Assembly (NCBI GenBank): GCA_963667185.2
Contig: OY762953.2
Coordinates: 1,776,129 to 1,840,128, forward strand
DNA: 64,000 bases
Direction: 5' to 3'
Source: Treponemataceae bacterium
GTDB taxonomy: Bacteria; Spirochaetota; Spirochaetia; Treponematales; Treponemataceae
The notes under the pieces are model-generated. The model ran no database searches. It saw nothing but the letters and a program-made list of their open reading frames with translations, and was not told the DNA's origin. Each line of letters begins with the position of its first letter. The stretch's first letter is position 1. Positions 24,774 through 34,228 of this stretch are shown piece after piece. The position numbers were made by a program, and so were the translations under genes.

Positions 24774-25412
24774 ATGACGATATGCTGTTCCGGTGATGAC
24801 GCGCGAGTACGCAAATCGGCTTCCTTCCTCGAGTTTTGCGGCTTACGCTTTGCGCTCCGGTTCCGCCGGTACATCGCTGCCGTAGCGCGCGCGTTTTTTG
24901 CGATCGGTTATTTTCCCCGCGATGTCCTCGCGATCGCGCGCGATCCTGCGATACGGCAGATGCCGTTCGGCTTCGCGGAGATTCCGCTCTATGCATCATT
25001 CTGGGCGCTTGCCCTGTACCGGCTTGCGCACTTTCTGTTCGCCGTTCGCATTCCGGTCGCCCCGCGCTTTATCAGCCAGCTCTCCCGCTTTCTCACCGGC
25101 ATCGAGATTCATCCCGGCGCCGTGATCGGTCCGGGGCTTTTTATCGATCATGGCATGGGCACGGTTATCGGCGAAACCGCGATAGTCGGTTCGGATGTGC
25201 TGCTCTATCACGGGGTCACGCTCGGCGGCGTGGATGGCCGTGCCGGCAGGCGGCACCCGATCGTGGGAGACGGGGCCGTTATCGGCGCGGGCGCCCAGGT
25301 GCTCGGCGCGATCGAGATCGGTGAGCGCGCGCGGATCGGCGCGCAGAGCGTAGTCCTTTCGGACATCCCTGCAGGCGCGACCGCAGTGGGAGTCCCCGCC
25401 CGCGTTTTATAG
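24774..25412 (+). CDS. cysE: serine O-acetyltransferase
   Basis: Left-handed beta-helix hexapeptide repeats with CysE signature [28 protein letters not shown]...GKRHP-like [17 protein letters not shown] upstream. Confidence 0.85.
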   Translation: MTICCSGDDARVRKSASFLEFCGLRFALRFRRYIAAVARAFFAIGYFPRDVLAIARDPAIRQMPFGFAEIPLYASFWALALYRLAHFLFAVRIPVAPRFISQLSRFLTGIEIHPGAVIGPGLFIDHGMGTVIGETAIVGSDVLLYHGVTLGGVDGRAGRRHPIVGDGAVIGAGAQVLGAIEIGERARIGAQSVVLSDIPAGATAVGVPARVL

Positions 25413-26489
25413 CTCCGCTGTGCCGAGCAGGTCGATCCGGGTAAAGATGGAGTCGAGCCGGTCTCGCTGCAAAATATAACGGCTGAGTGTTTTGTCGACC
25501 GCTTCGGTCTCGATCTCTTCGGTTTCGATTGCTTCCCGCGCGATGTACGGTCTTGTCATGCCGCTTCGGGTCCAGTACACGAGCGAGATTTGATCGCCCT
25601 CGATTTCGAGGGCGGTAATACCGTGCTTGCCCGTCGCGCACCCCGAGTTGAAAAGACAGGGAATCAAAAACGGGCCCGCGCCGTAAAGGCTCTGCGTTTT
25701 TTTCTGCCGATCGGTGACGGATGCGAGTTTGTGCATTTCATCGCGATAGAGCAGCACCTGTTCCTTGAGCGCTTCCCGTTCTTTTGGCCCCGAGTCAACG
25801 AGCTGCGAGAGAATTTCCTCTATCTTGATCCTGATGTTGTCGTATTTCGAGAGGGACTCAAAAAGCGGTCGGTGCGTATGCCCGGTGATCGCCATAATGC
25901 CGAGCGTCCGTGCCGCCCGGTATATTTTTCGTTCCGCGCTGTACCGCCTGCGCGAATCCTTCGATACCCCGGAATTCCTGATCCTCAGTGGCTTCACAAA
26001 ATACCTGATCAGGAAATCCGACACGAAATCGTACTTCACGTAGAAACTCGAGGCCTGATGTCCGTGAAACGCAAAAATTCGGTTCTCGCCGACTCGGTAC
26101 ACGAGGCCGGGCAGCATCGGCCAGGGATAGTCTTTTTTTTCGGCAAGATCGATATCGTGGTTTCCGGTAATTTTGCGAAGGTTTCCCCGTTCGGCGAAAG
26201 CGGCGAAAATCTCAAAGAGCCGGGGCCAGGCCGCACGGATCGATGCGAGGGTGAATTTGCTTAAATCCTCGATATCCCCGTTCAGAATGAGGACATAGTC
26301 GCGGGCAAGATACCAGGATTCGAGCATTCCTTCGATTATTTCCCGGTTTGCTCCGAGGTCGTCCCGTTTTCCCCCGTTTCCCATATGCAGGTCGCTTAAA
26401 AAAACGTAGCGCACCGTGGGGTCAATCGTTTCCTCGGGGCATTCCGCGATAAACGCGCGAAAGGATGCCTCAAAAATATCGTATTTCAT
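25407..26489 (-). CDS. calcineurin-like metallophosphoesterase
   Basis: Motifs [21 protein letters not shown] and GHTH in canonical order. Substrate unknown. 3' end overlaps cysE by 6 nt (convergent). Confidence 0.7.
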   Translation of the reverse strand: MKYDIFEASFRAFIAECPEETIDPTVRYVFLSDLHMGNGGKRDDLGANREIIEGMLESWYLARDYVLILNGDIEDLSKFTLASIRAAWPRLFEIFAAFAERGNLRKITGNHDIDLAEKKDYPWPMLPGLVYRVGENRIFAFHGHQASSFYVKYDFVSDFLIRYFVKPLRIRNSGVSKDSRRRYSAERKIYRAARTLGIMAITGHTHRPLFESLSKYDNIRIKIEEILSQLVDSGPKEREALKEQVLLYRDEMHKLASVTDRQKKTQSLYGAGPFLIPCLFNSGCATGKHGITALEIEGDQISLVYWTRSGMTRPYIAREAIETEEIETEAVDKTLSRYILQRDRLDSIFTRIDLLGTAEL

Positions 26490-26572
26490 CTACAGCAAGT
26501 GTTACGCTTTTCGCCGGAAAAAGCTATGTGTTTCTTTACAGTAATATAGAAGAGATATTAGAGAGATGCGTA

Positions 26573-26601
26573 TTGAGTTTTTAGCCAAAAACGGCTATAA
26601 C
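26573..26601 (+). promoter_or_regulatory. promoter TTGAGT-N17-TATAAC (leadered; SD follows)
   Basis: TTGAGT 26573-26578, TATAAC 26596-26601. GGAGGGG at 26611-26617, ATG at 26621. Confidence 0.45.
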
Positions 26602-26620
26602 AGAGCCTTCGGAGGGGAAA

Positions 26621-26959
26621 ATGAAGAGGTTCATTTTATTTGCAGCGCTCGCGGTGGTTTCAACATTCCCGCTTATGGCTCTTGAAGGATATGACGTTCA
26701 GACGTCCCATGTAGAAGACGCGAAAAAGCACGTTACGATCGATCTCCAATATACCGAGTCGACCCGGAATCTGCTTGTCGTATATACGATCAAGTATTTA
26801 CCATTTGACGAGGGCGACGCGATCTCCATGATTCGTGACACGGTCAAACAGTTCGCGGAAGAACATGGGTTCAAGCATTACAAAACCTATTCGGACGATA
26901 TTCTCAAATATCACGAAAAGGAAACGGAATTGACGCGCTTTATCATTCTCTATAACTAA
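26621..26959 (+). CDS. small secreted protein, unknown function
   Basis: GGAGGGG SD. Signal peptide MKRFILFAALAVVSTFPLMA. Own promoter (26573-26601) and terminator (26981-27037). Confidence 0.55.
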   Translation: MKRFILFAALAVVSTFPLMALEGYDVQTSHVEDAKKHVTIDLQYTESTRNLLVVYTIKYLPFDEGDAISMIRDTVKQFAEEHGFKHYKTYSDDILKYHEKETELTRFIILYN

Positions 26960-26980
26960 ACGTTTTTTCCCGCGGTAGGG

Positions 26981-27037
26981 GCCCGGAAACCAATGCGGTG
27001 CATGAAGCACTCGTGTTAGGTTCCGGGCTTTTTTTTT
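26981..27037 (+). terminator. rho-independent terminator
   Basis: GCCCGGAAACC...GGTTCCGGGC long-loop hairpin followed by T9. Confidence 0.6.
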
Positions 27038-27147
27038 ATCCTGTAATTGTAAATGAGTGGAAAAAACTTGTTTTTACTTCTTTTTAATTGCTTTCTTGGG
27101 CGAATCGGGATACTCTGCTTTACATTAAGTTTACATTGGAGGATTCA

Positions 27148-27852
27148 ATGATGAAGAAAGCCGGATTTTGTGCGCTCGTATGCGCATCTGTTATTTTCTC
27201 GGTGTTCGTATTCGCGTCGTGCTCGAGTTCGGGCGGTGACGATGAAAAAGCCACAGTCAATCCGCTTACCCCGAGCGAAAAAAGCGCGCAGGTGACCGTT
27301 CAGGCAGTCAATAGCGCCGTTCTTACGGAAGTAAACGATGCCATGGATGCTTCTTCTGCAGCGTCTTCAGTGCGCACTGCCGTAACCCAGGATATCGAAG
27401 ATACCGTCAAGGACAAGTCTTTCTCCGGCACTGTCTATTTCAAGGGATCGGTGAGCTACGACGAATCGGCTGGCAAGATATCCTTCAACGGAACGTATAC
27501 CTTTACAAATTATAAATTCACGGATGATGCAGGAAGCGTTTATATTGTTAATGGAAGCGAGACCGTCAGTTTTGACGCGACGTCTACCGGAACGGAGACT
27601 GTATCCGTGACCAAGGTTTCTGAAAATGATGCCGGCACCCTCGATGTTACCGTCGACGGTACGCCCGTCAATCTCGTATTCAATTATACCATTGCTTATA
27701 CTTCGACCCTAAACACTACCGTCACCGAGGCGGGAATCAAGATGCACTATAGTATGGTCGGCGCCGTCGATGGTACGTTTAACAATCAGGCCGTGTATCA
27801 GCCTTTTGATCAGTCAGGTGACTACGACTGGGATCTGAGCTCTTACAAGTAA
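27148..27852 (+). CDS. lipoprotein, unknown function
   Basis: ORF trimmed to MMKKAGF (GGAGGA upstream). Lipobox FVFASC. Thr/Ser/Val-rich mature part. Terminator 27912-27947. Confidence 0.55.
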   Translation: MMKKAGFCALVCASVIFSVFVFASCSSSGGDDEKATVNPLTPSEKSAQVTVQAVNSAVLTEVNDAMDASSAASSVRTAVTQDIEDTVKDKSFSGTVYFKGSVSYDESAGKISFNGTYTFTNYKFTDDAGSVYIVNGSETVSFDATSTGTETVSVTKVSENDAGTLDVTVDGTPVNLVFNYTIAYTSTLNTTVTEAGIKMHYSMVGAVDGTFNNQAVYQPFDQSGDYDWDLSSYK

Positions 27853-27911
27853 TACTTAAAAAAAAAACGCATGAGTTTCGTTACCTTTTCGATCCCGTAA
27901 GGATCAGGGAA

Positions 27912-27947
27912 AGCCGATCGGCCATAGTTGCCGGTCGGCTTTTTTTT
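27912..27947 (+). terminator. rho-independent terminator of the lipoprotein gene
   Basis: AGCCGATCGG-N9-CCGGTCGGCT followed by T8. Confidence 0.75.
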
Positions 27948-27963
27948 GTCCCCAGTGCTTTAG

Positions 27964-27997
27964 AAAAAAAAAGCCGCGATCCCGAAAGACCGCGGCT
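27964..27997 (-). terminator. rho-independent terminator of xylA
   Basis: Minus strand: AGCCGCG-N12-CGCGGCT followed by T9. Confidence 0.75.
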
Positions 27998-28034
27998 TTG
28001 TCTGCGCCTCGCCGAAACTGATCGGCCAGGCTTC

Positions 28035-29237
28035 CTAGAATCCGAGGATAGCCTTGTTGAACGCCATGTCGATGTCGGCGTTCGAGGTCACAACCTCGTT
28101 TACTTTCTTGTAGTCGATCTTCGCAGCCTGGATGGCCTTGAGGTCGTAGGAGTTGAGAGCCTTCTCGATTTCGCTGGTCTTTCCGAGCACGACAGCGCGG
28201 GCCTTGTCGAGGTTCTTGTTTCCGGCGAGCTCTTCCGCCTTCTTCTCGACCATGCGCCAGGACTCAACGTTGAACTTGATGAAGTTCTTGCGGACCTTGA
28301 TCGCGTTTTCCTTTCCGGGAGCGGCGTCGGTGCGGAGCACGTGGTTGTCGAACTCGATGTGTCCCTTCCATTCGAGCTTCTCGAGGATCCAGCCGAGACC
28401 GACCATTTCCTTGAGTCCGTCCATACCGGTGAGGGTCGGGGAGTCGTTGTCGAACTGTCCGGCCTTCTGGTTACCGATGTGGAGGAAGGGGAGCTTGCCC
28501 GCATGGATCGCCATTGCGGCGGCGTTGGACGCGGAAAGATTGGTCATGCCCTCGTGCTGGAGGAGCTCGGGATTGACGCCCCACACGGACGGGTCTTCGA
28601 GTCGGCTGATGAGGCCGAGCGCGTGACCGGTGGTCGCGAGGTACATCTCTCCGCGGGGCTCGTTCGGCTTGGGCTCGATGGTGAAGTACTTGATGGAGAG
28701 CTTGTTCTCCTTGGCATAGCGGGTCGCGAGGTTGAGGCCCTGCTCGATATACTTGTACGGGGTCTTCCAGTCAACCGCGAACTGGCACTCAAAGCCGTCG
28801 CGCGCTACCCAGTAGGTGAAGAACTCGGCGCCGAAGAAGTTACCGATGCGGAGGGTTCTCATGACCTTCTGCGCGGCGAGGGCACGAATCTCCGGATCGG
28901 GGTTGGTGAGTCCGCCGTTGCGGAAGAGCTTGTCGCCATGGAGCGAGCAGGTGACCATCTTCATCTTGAGGCCGACCTTGTCCATCTTTTCCTTGAGGGC
29001 GTGGATGGTCTTGTAGCAGTCGCTCGAGGGATCCTGGTCATCCATCGGATGCTCCGGGTCCCAGGAGACGATGTCGTCGTCATGGGTAGAGGTAAAGTCG
29101 ATGAGACCTTCTTTTTTCGCTTCGCAGAGAATGTCCATGGCCTCGAGAGAGGTGATTGAATCCATTACGGAACCACCGAAGGGGTCTCCGCAAGTACTTC
29201 TGACGCACCACACCGGCATTGAAAGTTGTCTTTTCAT
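28035..29237 (-). CDS. xylA: xylose isomerase-like TIM-barrel sugar isomerase (class I XylA-like)
   Basis: IEPKPNEPRG signature and a (T)HDDDI motif. About 400 aa. Immediately downstream of xylB. The usual WGGREG motif is divergent here (WVARDG), so substrate is uncertain. Confidence 0.65.
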   Translation of the reverse strand: MKRQLSMPVWCVRSTCGDPFGGSVMDSITSLEAMDILCEAKKEGLIDFTSTHDDDIVSWDPEHPMDDQDPSSDCYKTIHALKEKMDKVGLKMKMVTCSLHGDKLFRNGGLTNPDPEIRALAAQKVMRTLRIGNFFGAEFFTYWVARDGFECQFAVDWKTPYKYIEQGLNLATRYAKENKLSIKYFTIEPKPNEPRGEMYLATTGHALGLISRLEDPSVWGVNPELLQHEGMTNLSASNAAAMAIHAGKLPFLHIGNQKAGQFDNDSPTLTGMDGLKEMVGLGWILEKLEWKGHIEFDNHVLRTDAAPGKENAIKVRKNFIKFNVESWRMVEKKAEELAGNKNLDKARAVVLGKTSEIEKALNSYDLKAIQAAKIDYKKVNEVVTSNADIDMAFNKAILGF

Positions 29238-29314
29238 AGTCTTCCTTCCTTAACAAGTCTAAAGATATTTCTCGGATCCCGGTCAAAAACCGGTTCCGTC
29301 GTTGCCATTGATCC

Positions 29315-30817
29315 TTACACGTACAGCGGCGCGAGCGCTCCGAGGTACTTGTTGTATTCCGCGTATGCCTTGTCGTACGCCGCGACCGACGAGGGATTCG
29401 GGTTGATGCAATCCGCTTCGTTGATCTTGATGTGCGCGTCGGTGAGCTTCGCGATCGAGTCGACGCTCTTTCCCGCCTTCACGGCGTCTATTCCCTCGAG
29501 GCACCACAGCGCCTGGAGCGCGCCGCCCATGGCAGCCGCTTCGTCGTTGTCGGGCCGCTTGACCGGCAGGTTCATCACGTTTGCGGCAATCTCGCGCCAC
29601 AGGGCGCTCTTCGAGCCGCCGCCGATGATCCTGATTTCCTTCGCGCGGAAACCGAGCGCCTGGAAAGCCTCGAGTCCGATTCTCATGCCGAAGATCGCCG
29701 ATTCCATCGCCGCGCGCGCGATGTTCTCGCGAGACACGTTCGCGGACGTGAGCCCCACGATGCTCGCCCGTCCGTTCGGCAGGTTCGGCGTGCGCTCGCC
29801 GTTGAAGAAGGGGAGGAACACGACGCCCTCGGCGCCGATCGGCGCCTTGGCAGCGCATGCGTCGAATTCTTTTACCTCGAGGTTGAAAAGCGCGCGGGTT
29901 TCTTCGGTCGCGACCGTGCAGTTCATCGTGCACAGAAGCGGCAGGTATCCGCCCGTCGACGAGTTAAAGCCGGAGAGTCCCTTCACGGGATCGGAGACGG
30001 GTGAGTCCGAGTAGCCATAGAGGGTTCCCGAGGTTCCGAGGCTCATCGTAAGGAAACCGTCGCGGACGGTACCGGTTCCGATGGCGCCCATCATGTTGTC
30101 GCCGCCGCCCGCGGAAACCGGGATTCCTTCGGGAATGCCGAAGCGGGCAGCTGCCTTTGCGGTCACGAAGCCGGAGGGCTTGTCGGACGAAATGATGGAC
30201 GGAAGGAGCTTGATGAGGCCGGGATCGATGAGCGACGAGATCTTCTGCGACCATTCGCGCCTGATTCCGTTAAAGAGCGCCATACCGGAAGCGTCGCCCG
30301 CTTCCATGACGTATGCGCCGGTAAAGAGGAAGTTGAGGTAGTCGTGCGGGAGCATGATGTAGCGGAGCTTCGCGAATGCCTCGGGTTTGTGCCTTTTGAG
30401 CCAGAAAATTTTCGGGGCGGTAAAGCCGGGAAGCATCAAATTGCAGACTTCGGCAATGACCGAGTCGGCGCCACCGGCAGCTTCGGTAAGAAGCTTGCAT
30501 TCTTCGACAGTAGAGGTGTCATTCCAGAGCTTGACGTTATAGAGCGCCTTGCCGTCCGCGTCGAGCGGGACAAAGCCGTGCTGATGGCCGGAAACGCCGA
30601 TCGCCTTGATCGTCTTGCGCTGCTCCGGGGTAAATTCCTTAAAGCATTTTTCGAGAGCCGCGTCGTACCATTCGGCTTTCTGCTCGCGGGTTCCGTCGTT
30701 TTCCGCGATCAGGTCGATCGGTACCTGCGTTTTGGCGAGTATTTTGCGGGATTCCCAGTCATAGAGGATTACCTTTATGCTCTGGGTTCCCATATCGATT
30801 CCGGCTACAGTGTTCAT
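29315..30817 (-). CDS. xylB: xylulokinase (FGGY carbohydrate kinase)
   Basis: 500 aa. GIDMGTQSIKV N-terminus, GVSGHQHG, GGGSKSALWREI FGGY C-terminal motif. GGAGGA SD. Confidence 0.85.
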   Translation of the reverse strand: MNTVAGIDMGTQSIKVILYDWESRKILAKTQVPIDLIAENDGTREQKAEWYDAALEKCFKEFTPEQRKTIKAIGVSGHQHGFVPLDADGKALYNVKLWNDTSTVEECKLLTEAAGGADSVIAEVCNLMLPGFTAPKIFWLKRHKPEAFAKLRYIMLPHDYLNFLFTGAYVMEAGDASGMALFNGIRREWSQKISSLIDPGLIKLLPSIISSDKPSGFVTAKAAARFGIPEGIPVSAGGGDNMMGAIGTGTVRDGFLTMSLGTSGTLYGYSDSPVSDPVKGLSGFNSSTGGYLPLLCTMNCTVATEETRALFNLEVKEFDACAAKAPIGAEGVVFLPFFNGERTPNLPNGRASIVGLTSANVSRENIARAAMESAIFGMRIGLEAFQALGFRAKEIRIIGGGSKSALWREIAANVMNLPVKRPDNDEAAAMGGALQALWCLEGIDAVKAGKSVDSIAKLTDAHIKINEADCINPNPSSVAAYDKAYAEYNKYLGALAPLYV

Positions 30818-30904
30818 TGTTTATTCCTCCGTCTGTTTTCATGATAAGTATAAGATGCTCCAGAGAACAACGGTATAGTTGATCCTGATTTTATATATCT
30901 AAAA

Positions 30905-30933
30905 TTGATATTTTACCGTTTTTTCGCTATTAT
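30905..30933 (+). promoter_or_regulatory. promoter TTGATA-N17-TATTAT, 6 nt before araC-like ATG 30940 (leaderless layout)
   Basis: TTGATA 30905-30910, TATTAT 30928-30933. Confidence 0.55.
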
Positions 30934-30939
30934 TATACC

Positions 30940-31863
30940 ATGAAAATTGAAGACGCGGTGTTTGTCTATCGGCTTGCGAGCGGTGACCGTCTTTCCTGGC
31001 ATGGGCGGTACCATGCCCATGGCTCCGGTGAATTCGAGATACATTTTTTTCTCGAGGGCTCGGGGTATTTTCTGTGCAACCGGACAAAGTATCCCGTATC
31101 GGCGGGAAGGTTGTTCCTTTCCGGGCCACGTGAATTTCATTCAATTGTTCCCGACGCTGTTTCCGCCCCTCTTACCTATTACGCGATTCTCTTTTCCTTT
31201 CCGTCAGCGAAAGACGCCCATCTTGAACACCTGCAAGGTGATGAGACTTCTGCGGAAAGCACTTCTCCGGGGGAAGACCAGGTTCTTTCCGGGGCGTTAA
31301 AAAACGCGCTTGCCGAAAGACAAACAGTTCTTTCTATAAATAACAACTTCCGGTTCCAGTTTGAGGATCTCCTGCAGCTTGCCCGTTCCGCCGATCCGTC
31401 TCTTCGCGAGTCGGCGCGCTATCTTCTCGAGAGTTTTCTCTGGCGCTGGTTTGTCCGGCTTTCGCCGCAATCCGCTAATCGCCCGGGTGGCTCCGTGCTT
31501 CCCGATATGGCAGGGGAGCGAAAGAGCAGGGTTCACGTCGAAAAAGCCCTGTCCCTCATGGAAAAGTCGGTTCGCGAGAACCTCAAGGTCGAAGATCTTG
31601 CCTGGAAACTCGGGCTTTCCGAAGAACACTTTATCCGCATCTTCCGCACGCAGGTCCGCATGACTCCGCATCAGTATTTTACCCGCCTCAAGGTGGAAGG
31701 CGCCTCGGGTCTTTTGATGTCTACGGACAAAGCCGTCGGCGAGATTGCCACCTGGTTCGGTTTCGAAAATCAGTTTCATTTTTCCCGCATTTTCAAGAAA
31801 TGTACCGGAATGTCCCCGATTGATTACCGAAAAACCTATCTTCAGATCGTCGATTTCACGTAA
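30940..31863 (+). CDS. AraC-family transcriptional regulator (cupin + HTH)
   Basis: C-terminal AraC HTH (FHFSRIFKKCTGMSPIDYRK). N-terminal cupin-like sensor. Divergent from xylB. Confidence 0.85.
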   Translation: MKIEDAVFVYRLASGDRLSWHGRYHAHGSGEFEIHFFLEGSGYFLCNRTKYPVSAGRLFLSGPREFHSIVPDAVSAPLTYYAILFSFPSAKDAHLEHLQGDETSAESTSPGEDQVLSGALKNALAERQTVLSINNNFRFQFEDLLQLARSADPSLRESARYLLESFLWRWFVRLSPQSANRPGGSVLPDMAGERKSRVHVEKALSLMEKSVRENLKVEDLAWKLGLSEEHFIRIFRTQVRMTPHQYFTRLKVEGASGLLMSTDKAVGEIATWFGFENQFHFSRIFKKCTGMSPIDYRKTYLQIVDFT

Positions 31864-31904
31864 CTGTAAAATGTTGTTTTGAGAAACAAAAAGCGAAAAA
31901 TCCA

Positions 31905-31913
31905 TGCTATAGT
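31905..31913 (+). promoter_or_regulatory. extended -10 TGcTATAGT upstream of GH5 paralog 1 (leadered)
   Basis: TGc 31905-31907, TATAGT 31908-31913. GGAGG 31921-31925, ATG 31933. Confidence 0.45.
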
Positions 31914-31932
31914 GGCATCTGGAGGATATGCT

Positions 31933-32958
31933 ATGTCACTTCGTTGGGTAATAGTTGTGGGTATCGCATGCTGTGCGTTTTCGGTTATTTCGTGCAAGGA
32001 TTCTGATACGCGGCTTTCCGTCGACAAGGCCGGACGTACCGTCGTGGAACGGTATGGTCAACTGCAGGTAATCGGCACGAATCTGTGCGACGAGGCGGGA
32101 AAGCCCGTACAGCTTCGCGGGATGAGTTCTCACGGTCTGCAATGGTACGGGAAATACGCGAATAAAAACGTGCTTGACTGGCTCCGGACCGACTGGAATG
32201 TGCAAATATGGCGTTCGGCCATGTACCTGACTCAGGGCGGATATATCAATGCACCGGTACTCAAGAACAAGGTTATCGAGTCAGTGGACGCGGCAACCGA
32301 TCTCGGGATGTACGTCGTCATCGACTGGCATGTAATGAACGACCGCAATCCCCAGGCATATCAGGCTCAGTCAATCGAGTTTTTCCGCGAGATGGCGACC
32401 AAATACGGCAACAAGCCAAACGTGCTCTACGAGATCTGCAATGAACCGAACGGGAAGGACGTCACCTGGTCGGGAAACATCAAGCCGTACGCGGAGGCGG
32501 TCATCGCCGCGATTCGCGCCATCGATCCCGACAATATCATCATCGTCGGTACTCCTTCCTGGAGCCAGGATGTTGATGTCGCGGCTAGCGACCCGATTGT
32601 CGGCCAGAAAAACATCATGTACACCCTTCATTTTTATGCCGGAACGCACGGAAAAGAGCTCATGGACAAGGCCGACATTGCGCTTTCCAGGGGACTTCCG
32701 ATTTTCGTGACGGAATGCGGAACTTCCGAGGCGTCGGGTGGGGGCGGAACCTTTACCAAGGAATCCCGCGAGTGGCTTTTATTTCTGAAAAAGCGGAACA
32801 TTTCCTGGATCAACTGGTCGATCAACAATAAGGGCGAGGAATCGGGGGCTCTGGTTTTCAACGCTGATCGGGACGCGAAAGGTGGTTGGAAGGACTCGGA
32901 TCTCTCGGAATCCGGCCGCTTTATCCGGAAGGTGCTCCGGAACGAAACGGGAATTTGA
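31933..32958 (+). CDS. GH5 endo-beta-1,4-glucanase lipoprotein (paralog 1)
   Basis: Lipobox VISC. GH5 motifs RGMSSHGLQWYG, acid/base YEICNEPNG, nucleophile FVTECG. GGAGG SD. Confidence 0.85.
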   Translation: MSLRWVIVVGIACCAFSVISCKDSDTRLSVDKAGRTVVERYGQLQVIGTNLCDEAGKPVQLRGMSSHGLQWYGKYANKNVLDWLRTDWNVQIWRSAMYLTQGGYINAPVLKNKVIESVDAATDLGMYVVIDWHVMNDRNPQAYQAQSIEFFREMATKYGNKPNVLYEICNEPNGKDVTWSGNIKPYAEAVIAAIRAIDPDNIIIVGTPSWSQDVDVAASDPIVGQKNIMYTLHFYAGTHGKELMDKADIALSRGLPIFVTECGTSEASGGGGTFTKESREWLLFLKKRNISWINWSINNKGEESGALVFNADRDAKGGWKDSDLSESGRFIRKVLRNETGI

Positions 32959-33000
32959 TAATCAGGTTTATTTGTTTTCTTTCGAAACTTACTCGACCTG

Positions 33001-33009
33001 TGGTATACT
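33001..33009 (+). promoter_or_regulatory. extended -10 TGgTATACT upstream of GH5 paralog 2 (leadered)
   Basis: TGg 33001-33003, TATACT 33004-33009. GAGGAG 33019-33024, ATG 33031. Confidence 0.45.
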
Positions 33010-33030
33010 GCAGGTCTTGAGGAGAAATCG

Positions 33031-34086
33031 ATGAATCATCGTTCTATTTTATGCGTTGGATTGTGCGCTGTCCTTGCTCTTTTTGCGTCGTGCGCTGCGG
33101 ATAAAGACACCCGTCTTGCAGTTGATTCTGCCGGCAAAACGGTTGTTGAACGGTATGGTCAGCTTCAGGTAATCGGGGCAAATCTCTGCGATCAGGCGGG
33201 TAATCCCGTCCAGCTTCGGGGTATGAGCTCCCACGGGCTCCAGTGGCATGGCAAGTACGCGAACAAGCAGGTCATCCAGTGGCTTCGCGATGACTGGAAC
33301 ATGCAGATTTGGCGCCCCGCGCTCTACCTTTCCGAAGGCGGATACATCACCAATCCGGCGCTCAAGGAAAAGGTTATCGATTCGATCGATGCCTCGATCG
33401 CCCTCGGGCTCTATGTTATGGTTGACTGGCATGTCTTGCGCGAACAGACGCCCGTCCTCTATCAGGAGCAGGCGATCGCCTTTTTTTCCGAGATTGCGCA
33501 GAAATACGGGAAATATCCGAATGTCATCTATGAGATCTGCAATGAACCGAATGGAAAGGAAGTAACCTGGGACGGTGTCATAAAGCCCTATGCCGAGGCT
33601 GTAATTGCCGAAATCCGGAAATATGACCCTGACAACATCATCGTCGTCGGAACGCCGACATGGAGCCGGGACGTGGACCTTGCGGCGGCGAATCCGATCA
33701 CTGACCAGAAGAACATCATGTACAGCTTTCATATTTATGCGGGAAGTCACGGCAAGGAACTCATGAAGAAAGCCGAGACAGCTCTCTCGAAGGGGATACC
33801 GCTGTTCGTGACGGAATGGGGAACCACGAAAGACGACGGTTCCGTGTTTTGCCAGAAGGATTCGATGAAATGGCTCGCTTTTATGCAAAAGCACAATATT
33901 TCCTGGAATAACTGGGCAGTCGGAAACAAGGGAGAGGATGCGGGAATTCTTGCATTCAATGTCGATCGCGAGGGAAAAGGCGGTTGGAAGGACGCCGATT
34001 TGACTCCATCCGGTCATTTTATCCGAAAAGTCCTTCGAAATGAAATAAATGTCACCGGTTTTGGGCGTATTGTACCGGGAAAGTAA
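33031..34086 (+). CDS. GH5 endo-beta-1,4-glucanase lipoprotein (paralog 2)
   Basis: Lipobox LFASC. About two-thirds aa identity by eye to 31933..32958. YEICNEPNG and FVTEWG retained. Confidence 0.85.
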   Translation: MNHRSILCVGLCAVLALFASCAADKDTRLAVDSAGKTVVERYGQLQVIGANLCDQAGNPVQLRGMSSHGLQWHGKYANKQVIQWLRDDWNMQIWRPALYLSEGGYITNPALKEKVIDSIDASIALGLYVMVDWHVLREQTPVLYQEQAIAFFSEIAQKYGKYPNVIYEICNEPNGKEVTWDGVIKPYAEAVIAEIRKYDPDNIIVVGTPTWSRDVDLAAANPITDQKNIMYSFHIYAGSHGKELMKKAETALSKGIPLFVTEWGTTKDDGSVFCQKDSMKWLAFMQKHNISWNNWAVGNKGEDAGILAFNVDREGKGGWKDADLTPSGHFIRKVLRNEINVTGFGRIVPGK

Positions 34087-34125
34087 TTTAACCGGTTTAC
34101 AAGCCACGAAGTTGAGAAAAAACAT

Positions 34126-34155
34126 TTGACAGTCATTTGCGAAAGGGTGTAGGAT
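34126..34155 (+). promoter_or_regulatory. promoter TTGACA-N18-TAGGAT upstream of the sugar SBP gene
   Basis: TTGACA 34126-34131, TAGGAT 34150-34155. Confidence 0.35.
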
Positions 34156-34170
34156 TGAACACATGAAAGG

Positions 34171-34194
34171 CAATCGGTTGTGATTTTTAAATCA
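34171..34194 (+). promoter_or_regulatory. candidate LacI-type operator(s) in the SBP 5' leader
   Basis: CAATCGGTTG (34171-34180, CG-centred near-palindrome) followed directly by the palindrome TGATTT-TT-AAATCA (34181-34194). Confidence 0.3.
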
Positions 34195-34228
34195 AAAACC
34201 ATTGCCAAACAGAAAAGAGGAGAGAAAG

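Noticed and set aside
20805-27900. Genomic island or prophage integrated at ssrA, extending downstream.
   Set aside because: There is no integrase, recombinase, phage or plasmid-like gene. The downstream genes (cyclase, ArsR, gshA, cysE, phosphoesterase) look like ordinary chromosomal genes. I found no further copy of the 21-mer in the window by eye. Only the ~140-bp segment between the repeats is anomalous.
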